From sequence record KC690136: a DNA stretch of 64,000 bases, one strand, 5' to 3'. The stretch's first letter is position 1; each line of letters begins with the position of its first letter. Under the pieces are notes generated by a model. That model ran no database searches. It had not been told where the DNA came from and was given only the letters and a program-made list of their open reading frames with translations. The DNA comes from Escherichia phage JES2013. Shown here piece by piece: positions 28,680 through 37,800 of the stretch. The translations under genes were made by a program, and so were the position numbers.

Positions 28680-31600
28680 TTAGTCGTGAGACTCGTTCCA
28701 AGGTCCCTGGAAGCTTGAGTTAGAACGACTAACGATCACAGTAGGACAGGAGATTGTGACACCTGTCACGCTCGACGTTGACCACGGTGTGTAAATCTCG
28801 ATAACAATGTCTATAGTTTGTTCACCCAGACCTGTTATCCCTACCGCACACATGCCGTTGTTGTCGTTAAAATACTTCTTGCCAGCAAGGATCTGATGAC
28901 CAGCTATCCATACATTCAGTTGGGAGCTGGCAAGAGTACCATTCAGTTTAAAGAAGAATGTTACGTTCTTACCCTGACCTGAAACGTTATCTACGTATCT
29001 CCACCTCCAACGGCAAACCCTTTGCTGGGAGTTATATACTGGAGCACAATCTCCGTAAGTCCTGTGTGCAACAATCGCACCTTCGAACTGGTTAGCACGG
29101 ATAACAGAAGCTTCTACACGACCACGGAAGGTACCTCCGGTTGCATCTATGGTGCCTCTAAAGCTACCATTATTGGCATAAACATCACCACGGAAGGTAC
29201 CACTGGTGGCGTTAACTGCCCCTGTGAAGTTACCAGAACTGGCGTTGATGTTACCTTTCACCCACACATCCATAAATTGGGCGTGCCCGTTCTTGTTAAT
29301 ATACCAACCGTAGTTATGGTACCCGTTGCTATCGTAGTTGTTTGACGAAATTTCTTGTGCGATCTTGGCAGAGGAGATCGTGCCATTCTCTATAAAAGCG
29401 TCTTTCAAGAACGCTTGGTTATTCTTGATTGCGAAAGCAAGGGTTGCTGTGCCGTTACCAGGATTGTACACCGCAAAGTTGTTTGCACTAACCATAAAGT
29501 ATGATTGAACTTGTCCTCCAGACCCCTCCATGCCCAGCTGGATACCTGCCACATATTTATTACCATGGCTGTCAACCTGAATCTTAGCCCCCCACTGAGC
29601 ATCTATTTTACCCTCAAGTGTTGTTACAGCTTTAGAGGTATTAGATACTGTAGCCCTAAGCTCATCAATATTACCCATTTCGTCAACAATTTCTTGTTTT
29701 GCAGAGGTAAGTTCTTGACGGATCGCTGTGGCTGTATTATTAACAAGATCAACTGTTGTACTATTAGTTTCTTGAATAGATGCTTGCAGATTGGCAACCT
29801 CTTTCTGCACATCATCTTCCAGCTTGGTGATCTTCCCTGTAGCTGCCACCAGATCCTGCTTAATAGCTTCCGTTGTCTTATTTAGCAGGTCGGTTGTTGC
29901 CTTGTTGGTTTCTTGAATAGAGGAGTTAAGTTTGCTCTCAGTGTTCTTCAACTCTTCCCGCAGAGTACCTTGAGTTGCAGTTATTTGCTCACTCAATGCT
30001 TGAGTTTTACGATTAACAAGATCAACGGTTGATCTATTTGTTGTCTCGATTAGTGACCCAAGCCTACCAGACTCTGCTGCAAGTTTATCGTCAAAGGATT
30101 GCTGAGCTGCTACCAGCTTACTGTTAAGGGCAGAAATTTCTCCATTAACCCCTGTAAATTTTTCTGTCGTCTCTCTGACAACACCCTCTATTGTATCTCC
30201 AAGCTCTTCAAAAATGCTAGTAACACGGTCATTGACTGCACCAACATTTTTATCCATTTCCTTGACTGCATTATCGAGATTGGCGGTAAGCTCTTTATAA
30301 GTCTCTGTCTTTTTGAACTCAGCATCAATCTGCGGCATAAGATCTTCTATGGATGTGTAACAGTGGGCTGCACACTCCACAAAAGCAGATGAACCAAAAG
30401 CCTTTGTTGTCCTGATATACCAATAATAAATCTTATCGTTCTGCAGACCTTCAGATGTCCAAGTTGAACCAACACCCATACGAGTGGCTTTTGAAGTAAC
30501 GGTTGCATCACTGGTATCTGGCAATCTTGTCATCCCAGATGTCCAAAAGTCATATTGGGTGCTTACACTGGCCAAGTCTCTGCTGTGCGGGATCAGGGTA
30601 ATAGCAAAGTATCCCTGTTTAACTTCTACAGAAACCGGAGCCTCAGGTGCCTGAATGTTAAACTCACAGTATGCTTCTGGAGATACACCACCTTTATAAG
30701 ATGTTGCAACAACAGTGGCTGTGTAGGAACCTTTAGTCAGACCTTCAACACGGACAAACTGCTCAACTGTCTGCGCTGTCCAGACAATCTCTCCGTTTTT
30801 CCTGACCTGCACAATGTTTTGAGCATAAGTCCCAACGTTGTCCCAAGCCAAAACACCGTGAGTTACTTCTCCAGCTTGGAGAACGGAATATCTGAAGTTT
30901 TGCGGTTGAGCTACTCCAGATGGAGATATCGGAATATCTACATCGCCAGAATCCGGAAGTTGCCCTGTGGCATCATTCCACTCTTTAGCATCTTGACGAA
31001 GTTTTACCTTGACACCACCCTTTTTGGTAAACTCCCATTCAAGAACTCTCATTTCTTGGCCCACTATACCAATACTTGGGAGGTCCATTGTAACGTAACG
31101 ACCAGGTTTAAATTTGAAACCTCGCATATTGCAGGTGACTTCAATAATCCTGCCAGCTCTGGCACGTCTTAGGAAGATTGCAGAAACACGTTGAGCTTGA
31201 TAAGGACTGGTAACAAAGCGATAGTCTATATCGATTATCTTTCTTTCTCCATCCTTCTCTATCCACTCTGGGACAAACACTGATGGAAAATCTGTTTCAG
31301 AATACCCTTTGGTCGGACTAGTGAATCTGCCAGTTATTGTGTTGGATCTTTTGTCAAATGAGGCTTCCGGATAGATCTTGACCTCACCACAGACACAATC
31401 CTCACTCAGCGTCATTGTTGCCGGGCCATAGTATGCACCAACCAGCAAACCATACTTACCAGCTACATAGCTGAGATCTGCGCCACAAGCTTTCAGCATT
31501 TCTGCCATAATGCTTGCCGGAGCCTCGTCCATGTCAAACTCGCCATTAATGGTGTATCGGCGCTCACTGGTTCCGTCTGCGTTTTTTACCGCCTCGTCGC

Positions 31601-32279
31601 ATATGTTAGCAGCCTCCTTGAAGGACTCCCAGTTGATGGTTTCGTCAGGACATTTAAGGTACGTTCTTAAATAGTCTAGAATCACCAAGGCCGCGTTATT
31701 GGTATACACCTCTTTACTGATACGAGGATCATAGCATTTTTTACCAACCTTGACAAGTGTAACGTTTGGCAACCCAAAAGGAAACTTGTTAGGGTCAAAC
31801 CTGAAGCTGGCACGTAGCCAACTGATCCCTCTACCTATCATGTCGGGTGACCATGATGGGCAGTGTGTACCCATGAAAGGATCAGATGTTTTTCTGTCGT
31901 TATGTAGCTCCCACGATACCAGATCTCCATACGAGGAAATAGGATTACCGTCGATAAGTATATCTTCTACACCTTCCAGAGGGTGATTGGCAAGAACAAT
32001 AGCACAATGGAGGGTTCTGTCTCTGTCCTGCTCCAAAAACGCAAGCAATCCAGACGTACGTGTCTTACCATACACTACAGAGCAAGGTGCAGCAGAAGAT
32101 CTGAGAAGCTTTTGTCTATCTTGCTGACTTCTGTAAGATTTGTTGCCCTCAAAAATCTTATCCAGAGTTCTGGTGGTAACAGTGTTCAGGCTGTCAGCCA
32201 GAGCTGCCTTGGATGCGTTCCAGTCATAACTTGAAGATCTTGCAGAAGCAACGATGTTATCAATCATTGCAATTGGCAT
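28680..32279 (-). CDS. large tail fiber / host-specificity protein with FN3-like segment and coiled-coil stalk
   Basis: 1199 aa. Repeated TTDLLNKTTEAIKQ / TTVDLVNNTATAIRQ heptad blocks; FN3-like beta region; N-terminal third resembles the central part of J-type tip proteins. Confidence 0.45.
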   Translation of the reverse strand: MPIAMIDNIVASARSSSYDWNASKAALADSLNTVTTRTLDKIFEGNKSYRSQQDRQKLLRSSAAPCSVVYGKTRTSGLLAFLEQDRDRTLHCAIVLANHPLEGVEDILIDGNPISSYGDLVSWELHNDRKTSDPFMGTHCPSWSPDMIGRGISWLRASFRFDPNKFPFGLPNVTLVKVGKKCYDPRISKEVYTNNAALVILDYLRTYLKCPDETINWESFKEAANICDEAVKNADGTSERRYTINGEFDMDEAPASIMAEMLKACGADLSYVAGKYGLLVGAYYGPATMTLSEDCVCGEVKIYPEASFDKRSNTITGRFTSPTKGYSETDFPSVFVPEWIEKDGERKIIDIDYRFVTSPYQAQRVSAIFLRRARAGRIIEVTCNMRGFKFKPGRYVTMDLPSIGIVGQEMRVLEWEFTKKGGVKVKLRQDAKEWNDATGQLPDSGDVDIPISPSGVAQPQNFRYSVLQAGEVTHGVLAWDNVGTYAQNIVQVRKNGEIVWTAQTVEQFVRVEGLTKGSYTATVVATSYKGGVSPEAYCEFNIQAPEAPVSVEVKQGYFAITLIPHSRDLASVSTQYDFWTSGMTRLPDTSDATVTSKATRMGVGSTWTSEGLQNDKIYYWYIRTTKAFGSSAFVECAAHCYTSIEDLMPQIDAEFKKTETYKELTANLDNAVKEMDKNVGAVNDRVTSIFEELGDTIEGVVRETTEKFTGVNGEISALNSKLVAAQQSFDDKLAAESGRLGSLIETTNRSTVDLVNRKTQALSEQITATQGTLREELKNTESKLNSSIQETNKATTDLLNKTTEAIKQDLVAATGKITKLEDDVQKEVANLQASIQETNSTTVDLVNNTATAIRQELTSAKQEIVDEMGNIDELRATVSNTSKAVTTLEGKIDAQWGAKIQVDSHGNKYVAGIQLGMEGSGGQVQSYFMVSANNFAVYNPGNGTATLAFAIKNNQAFLKDAFIENGTISSAKIAQEISSNNYDSNGYHNYGWYINKNGHAQFMDVWVKGNINASSGNFTGAVNATSGTFRGDVYANNGSFRGTIDATGGTFRGRVEASVIRANQFEGAIVAHRTYGDCAPVYNSQQRVCRWRWRYVDNVSGQGKNVTFFFKLNGTLASSQLNVWIAGHQILAGKKYFNDNNGMCAVGITGLGEQTIDIVIEIYTPWSTSSVTGVTISCPTVIVSRSNSSFQGPWNESHD

Positions 32280-32716
32280 TAATACCTCCAGACATCAACA
32301 ACGATAGAATCTTTCATGTCGAACATAAAGACCCCTTTATCACCTTTCGCCCAAATCTGGTTGTTCCAGAACACACCAGCGGTGAGCCCGTTCAGACCTT
32401 CGAAAATGACAATATCTCCACGCTGAACCTGTTTAGGAGTATCCAGCCGAGTCATAAAGAGATCAAAAATAGTAGGCAGGTGTGTAGTTTTGAAACGAAG
32501 CATGCACCATCTTTTGCTTTCCAACTCTGTTTTATACGTTCCTTCGAAGTTGGAAAGAAAATCTGTTCCGTATTGGGCATCAACACACTTAGCCGCAAAG
32601 GTGCAACAATCGTGGAATCCCCATTCAAAAGGTATGGTGGCCTCTTCGTCAAACACTTTCCACAATCTTTCTTGCCAATCCACTAAACGAGGGTGTGTGC
32701 TCATTAAACCTCCCAA
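32279..32716 (-). CDS. small tail-tip assembly protein, NlpC/P60-like Cys motif (tentative)
   Basis: 145 aa with FHDCCTFAAKC; sits immediately upstream of the large fiber gene. Confidence 0.3.
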   Translation of the reverse strand: MGGLMSTHPRLVDWQERLWKVFDEEATIPFEWGFHDCCTFAAKCVDAQYGTDFLSNFEGTYKTELESKRWCMLRFKTTHLPTIFDLFMTRLDTPKQVQRGDIVIFEGLNGLTAGVFWNNQIWAKGDKGVFMFDMKDSIVVDVWRY

Positions 32717-33270
32717 ATGATCGGGCGGCTCGCCACCTGATCCACATATTTAAAAAATCTGTCATTATCGTTTCTTGAGCTGTGGCTTTCCTCCGTGTAC
32801 CGATAAGGAAAACCTCTTAACCAACTATTGAAGATGGAAGAGATGGATATGGACAAAGCACTATTCTCCCCTGTCTGAATAGCCATATCTGTTATAAGGC
32901 CGTCAAACAAGCCATTAGTTGTGACAGGCAGACCATTCTCCATAGCGGTAATGTACAACGTGGCACGACAACCGGAATACTCCGTCTTCAGAAGATCACC
33001 CACATACTTAGGATCAAACCCGTTCAATGTCGCTACCACAGATCCGAAGTTGGTGGCATCTTTCTCAGACACAGCAGTTAACGTTGCTGATCCACCTATC
33101 CCTATAAAATGTTGCCCCTCAATTACTACAACACCAGTGCCTGAGCACACCCTGACAGTTCCTGTCGGTAGCTCCAGCTTTGCAGCAATTAAGATCTCAA
33201 CACCATCAAGCTCCAGCTTTTCAAGAAATAAATTATCTAATGGCGCTCTGATCATCTTAGAAATCCTCAA
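32704..33270 (-). CDS. minor tail protein (hypothetical)
   Basis: 188-aa ORF overlapping neighbours by 13-14 nt. Confidence 0.35.
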   Translation of the reverse strand: MRISKMIRAPLDNLFLEKLELDGVEILIAAKLELPTGTVRVCSGTGVVVIEGQHFIGIGGSATLTAVSEKDATNFGSVVATLNGFDPKYVGDLLKTEYSGCRATLYITAMENGLPVTTNGLFDGLITDMAIQTGENSALSISISSIFNSWLRGFPYRYTEESHSSRNDNDRFFKYVDQVASRPIIWEV

Positions 33271-33847
33271 AGAAGTTGATAACTATATTATCACCTTTTT
33301 GCATAGCATCGACTTTTTGCTTAATTTTATAAATATCTCTGATATGAAACCTACCCTTCGGGGATTGAGTTATTATCTTCATAGTGTCCCCTGCGGCAAT
33401 AGGTTTTCTAAGTCTTGGAGATATGCTTATAACAGCAGACCCAACACCATCGCTACGCACTGGAGCTGTTACCACTTTCAATTCATCATTGACAGATATT
33501 TTATCCCCAGCTCTGGCTATGTCTCTGTTTGGCTCCCACCCTACCGTCTTCAAAAAATCGTCGTTACCAGTAGGCCCAAGGGCGATTGGCTCATTAGCTG
33601 TTACCGAGTGACCGTAAGTTTTAATAAGAAAGATGTTTCCATCTTTATACACCTGATCAACAAAGCTCTTAAGCTCTAGCAACTGTGACTCGCTGATATT
33701 GGAGACCGTCAAAGTGCCTTTCCAGTTAGGTGTGGCATAGGTTACTTTTTGCGTTTTACCTGTAAACGGACTTTTAAACGTAACAATATCTGCCAGCAGC
33801 TCCAATCTAATATCTGGAAGGTATCTAGGCCTTTCCCATAAAAACAT
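33257..33847 (-). CDS. minor tail protein (hypothetical)
   Basis: 196-aa ORF. Confidence 0.35.
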   Translation of the reverse strand: MFLWERPRYLPDIRLELLADIVTFKSPFTGKTQKVTYATPNWKGTLTVSNISESQLLELKSFVDQVYKDGNIFLIKTYGHSVTANEPIALGPTGNDDFLKTVGWEPNRDIARAGDKISVNDELKVVTAPVRSDGVGSAVISISPRLRKPIAAGDTMKIITQSPKGRFHIRDIYKIKQKVDAMQKGDNIVINFFEDF

Positions 33848-33910
33848 TGTGCCTCCAGGTTAAACAATCATGATAGTTATTTTACCAGATTTTAAGTTAA
33901 TACGCAATAC

Positions 33911-33939
33911 AAACAAAAAGCCCCCGCCGAAGCGAGGGC
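33911..33939 (-). terminator. rho-independent terminator
   Basis: GCCCCCGC-CGAA-GCGAGGGC hairpin followed on the minus strand by TTTTTGTTTG; lies just after the stop at 33947. Confidence 0.55.
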
Positions 33940-33946
33940 AAAACAG

Positions 33947-36900
33947 TTACTTCAGTTTCTCTTGCAACCCAGTAACAACCTCTGTCAATTTTTTAACCTG
34001 CTCCTCAAGGTCGGTTATTTTATCGTCCTGTTCCCTGCAAACCTGGACAAGCAAGCCTGTTACAGCTGCGTAATCCACGCTGTAGAATCTTTCCTCTGTT
34101 ATCAAAGGAGTTCCATCTTGATCAGGGTTTGGGATTTCCTTTCTTTGCACGAAAGAGCTAACTGCTTCCGGCAGCGCTTCAAGCACTTCTTGTGCTATAA
34201 CACCTGCATAAGGCATACCGTTCTCTTTAAGAGTGTAAGTATAACCCTTCATCTTCCGGATAGCTTCTAACGCATCAGGAATAACAGCTATGTTATCTTT
34301 CAGATCTCTGTCAGAACTCTGATTGACAGATGTGCAATTCACAGCGCCGTTTACAGAAAGATATCTTGATTTATCTGGCAAGGTACCGCAATGCCATACC
34401 CAATTTGATTGAGACTCGTCAAGAACCTTAAACTCTAACACGTTTGGACGATCTCCTGTGCTGCCGTTACCCCAATAATACATATGGGCGGCATTAGCAG
34501 GCATGTTGCCACCGTTATTAGTAACATGACTTCCAGAAATATATACCTTTAACTCTGGGGTTGGTATTTCCCCTTCCGGGGTTGTTCCTCCATACCTGAA
34601 GCTAACACCATTACCACCTGTTTGGGTCCACGGGCCCCAAGTGAAGACCTGTTTCACCATATTCCCATAACGTGTAAATCTATCGCCATGGTAGGTAATA
34701 TATTCTTGAACACACCCATCACCGTTATTGGCGTTATTTTGCAACACAATAAGTGTTCCGGCCTCATTTACGGGATAATGACGATCATATGTTGCATCAT
34801 TATTTGCAGGCTGATGGTAAATACCTTCCCACAATCCGTGATAGGTGTTAAGGTCTGAAGAACCAAGACCTTGACCCCTGTGTTGCATAGCCTTATTCCA
34901 GGGATGGTGATTACCACCTTCTATAGACCTGGTGTATAAGTTACTTTGTCTGCCAGCAATCTGGAAAGCGTAGTTTCCCGAGAATCCTACAGATAACCCG
35001 CCTACAACCATGGTATCTTGTGGGCCGTTAACATTACCAGCTATTATTTTTGACGGGTTGTTAGGCCCAAACTGGTTGTTCCAGTCTGCACCCGTGTGGC
35101 ATACAAAACCGCCCGGAGCTGAGAAAGTGCCATCTTTGTTGAAGTTGTAGAATCTATGAGCTGTGCCTACAACATCACGAACAATAACTTGAGCAGCTTC
35201 TGGAGTAGATCTGAACTCTGCCTGTCCTTGCAGTCTTGCACCATTACCACATTTAGAGGTAAAGGTGTTGTTGATCAGATCCTCTGTTCCTTCCGACGCA
35301 GCCTGGAACCCTGCATTAGAGAACAGTGCTTTTCGAGTGGTCTGACTACCAGGGCAAAGGTAGTCAATACCGTCTGCCCATAGCTCGACTTTAGGCATAT
35401 TCATTTTGCTCATCACAGCATAGCGTTCAGCAGTGCCTATATAGTGCCACTGTGTGCCGCCACCAGTGTAGAACCCTGAAGTACCTTTGAAGTCAACAAT
35501 AGGTCTGGTATTGGTGTTGTTATCTCCAAGAACAGCGAGATTCAAATCTGCTGACTGGAGAGGTGCAACGAACTTAACACCGTCCTGATTGTTTGTTACA
35601 GAGCCGACCTGGTAATCTTGCTCTCTGGTAAACACTTCGACAACATTTCTACTTGCGTATATGCTGACAGGGAAAGCACGAGCCTCTACATAGAAAGCAA
35701 CATACTCTTGTTTACCCCTTGTTGGAGCAACCATCCCAAGAAGTGCTTTTTCATTCTGGTAGAAATTTACTACCCCGTAGAAAGAGTCTCCTCTGTCTGT
35801 CCAACCACCAGTCCTATAGTGACACTGTAAGGTAGCACAGTTCATAGGGTCATTTCCAGATGACGATCTGGTAACTATGGTAATATCAGTACCAGTTGCT
35901 GGAGCATAGTACGGATCTGTTCTAACGATGATCGGGTAGTATTTCCCATCTTCCATCCCTGCGGTTCTTGGCAGTGTTAAGAAGTCTTTCACACCTGCTG
36001 CTATAGGAACTTTGAACAGATTCTGAGCATCTGCTAAAGTTGTAGCCCCAGTACCACCTGCGGCTTGAGGTAAAGGTTCCCACTTGGCCTTCCGGTTGTT
36101 ATAAACACCCCATTCCAGAGTGCCGTTACCGGATTCGTCCATCCCACCATCCCAGACAACCATCTTGGCGGCTTTCTTGGACCCCCAGAAGCCTCTTTCT
36201 GCCCCTGAACTACGGATCCATTCTCCAAGACCCCAGTTTGTCAGCTGACCAGTAAGATCCCCAACCTGCATGTATTTAGGGCAGTCTAACACGCCATCTT
36301 CGCGGAAACCTAAATATCTATGAGTTTCAGATCCTTTTGCACCTTTGTGCAGGTGGATTGTCAACCAAGCCTTATTGTCGTTTCTTACCTCAGAGTAGAT
36401 CCTATATCCATGCTCAAGGACACCGTCAGCGCTGTATTTGTCCCCGTTAACAATACCTGATGCTGACTTAACATCAGCAGAACTTTGAGACAGGTAAAGG
36501 TGCCCAAAGGTAGGGGAGTTTCTAGACCCGAGACCGATGTGCGCTCTAAAGGTATCATCGTTACGAGGTCTGACCATCGGCTGCCATGCAGTCCACTGAT
36601 TTGTGTTGGCCTGATAGGTTCTTAAATACCAAACATCTACGTTAGAGAATGGATAGTATTCCTGACGACAACCTGTACCGCCGTTAGCATTGTTCTGCCA
36701 AACAATCAGGTGACCAGCACCAGAACCTGCAGGGTAACCATTTGCCTCAGTTGCATAAGCAGTCATCGGCTGGTAGTATACACCATCCTGATTACCAGTC
36801 AAGTTATTGATATTGAAATTTGGCTCAAGGGCTGCACGTTGCTTATAGAAAGCACCGATATTGATACGGACTCCAGCGGCATCTCTAGCCCCTGTGCCGC

Positions 36901-37765
36901 CTTGCTCTATAGCAAGAGGTTGCCACGAGGCTGTTTGTTGGTTCCACATACCCCAACGGCCTGTTGCGTCAAGCTGCAAGTACCCTGCCGTGTTTAAATC
37001 ATCTCCAGCACGGATAACTGTTCTTGTTGGGTTGTTTGCCTCCAGGCGTTTAAATTCATCACGAAGTGCTATTCTTTTCGTTGTTGCTACACCGTTGGTT
37101 ACTGCAATGGTGTACATGGCTCCGGTGGTAGCGCCACGGAAAATACCATCAACAGTTGTAGTATCACGACGAGATACCACACCGTTCAGAAATTTTTCAC
37201 CAGCTGCTGCAGAAGGGTAGTTGGTAGTTCTTCCCTCTTCAATAACTGCAGGGCCAACAAAGTTATCAAGGTGAATAACATCGCCTACAGTGTGCACTGT
37301 ACCAAAATCTACACGCTGTGCAAGTGCTTTGGCATCGTTAGCTGTCTGAACAGTAACATCCATTACATCCTGGACAGACTGCCCTTCGGCTGTCATGATC
37401 ATAGATGCGCCAATGGTAGATTCCAGCTCCTCCCTTAAGGACGGGTCTGTATATACCGTCCATGCAGCGTCAGTAATCCCACCATCGGAGTACGGTGAAG
37501 ACAATGCAGGAACAGTGTGCGGAAATTCGCCTTTCCAACGCAGGTAGAGGTCTTCCTCTTCGAAGTAGGCAAAATCCATTGGGCCGTTTAACTTACCACC
37601 TTCCTTAAAGGAGATTACATGAGAAACAGTCCCATCAACATGGACAACATCGCCAATTTTTACACGACGGGTCAGGTCTGGTTGTTGAACAACCAGGTAA
37701 TCATCCTCTGTCACTGCGGTAGTGGCAGGAAGAGATTCAATTCTGACAACTTTAATATCAGCCAT
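33947..37765 (-). CDS. tailspike / tail fiber with N-terminal anchor domain and C-terminal intramolecular chaperone (peptidase S74-like)
   Basis: 1272 aa. C-terminus SDRDLKDNIAVIPDALEAIRKMKGYTYTLKENGMPYAGVIAQEVLEALPEAV is S74-chaperone-like. N-terminus is homologous to that of 40400..41068. Confidence 0.6.
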   Translation of the reverse strand: MADIKVVRIESLPATTAVTEDDYLVVQQPDLTRRVKIGDVVHVDGTVSHVISFKEGGKLNGPMDFAYFEEEDLYLRWKGEFPHTVPALSSPYSDGGITDAAWTVYTDPSLREELESTIGASMIMTAEGQSVQDVMDVTVQTANDAKALAQRVDFGTVHTVGDVIHLDNFVGPAVIEEGRTTNYPSAAAGEKFLNGVVSRRDTTTVDGIFRGATTGAMYTIAVTNGVATTKRIALRDEFKRLEANNPTRTVIRAGDDLNTAGYLQLDATGRWGMWNQQTASWQPLAIEQGGTGARDAAGVRINIGAFYKQRAALEPNFNINNLTGNQDGVYYQPMTAYATEANGYPAGSGAGHLIVWQNNANGGTGCRQEYYPFSNVDVWYLRTYQANTNQWTAWQPMVRPRNDDTFRAHIGLGSRNSPTFGHLYLSQSSADVKSASGIVNGDKYSADGVLEHGYRIYSEVRNDNKAWLTIHLHKGAKGSETHRYLGFREDGVLDCPKYMQVGDLTGQLTNWGLGEWIRSSGAERGFWGSKKAAKMVVWDGGMDESGNGTLEWGVYNNRKAKWEPLPQAAGGTGATTLADAQNLFKVPIAAGVKDFLTLPRTAGMEDGKYYPIIVRTDPYYAPATGTDITIVTRSSSGNDPMNCATLQCHYRTGGWTDRGDSFYGVVNFYQNEKALLGMVAPTRGKQEYVAFYVEARAFPVSIYASRNVVEVFTREQDYQVGSVTNNQDGVKFVAPLQSADLNLAVLGDNNTNTRPIVDFKGTSGFYTGGGTQWHYIGTAERYAVMSKMNMPKVELWADGIDYLCPGSQTTRKALFSNAGFQAASEGTEDLINNTFTSKCGNGARLQGQAEFRSTPEAAQVIVRDVVGTAHRFYNFNKDGTFSAPGGFVCHTGADWNNQFGPNNPSKIIAGNVNGPQDTMVVGGLSVGFSGNYAFQIAGRQSNLYTRSIEGGNHHPWNKAMQHRGQGLGSSDLNTYHGLWEGIYHQPANNDATYDRHYPVNEAGTLIVLQNNANNGDGCVQEYITYHGDRFTRYGNMVKQVFTWGPWTQTGGNGVSFRYGGTTPEGEIPTPELKVYISGSHVTNNGGNMPANAAHMYYWGNGSTGDRPNVLEFKVLDESQSNWVWHCGTLPDKSRYLSVNGAVNCTSVNQSSDRDLKDNIAVIPDALEAIRKMKGYTYTLKENGMPYAGVIAQEVLEALPEAVSSFVQRKEIPNPDQDGTPLITEERFYSVDYAAVTGLLVQVCREQDDKITDLEEQVKKLTEVVTGLQEKLK

Positions 37766-37800
37766 TCTTTCTCCTGAAAGGGGGCAAACAGCCCCCTATG

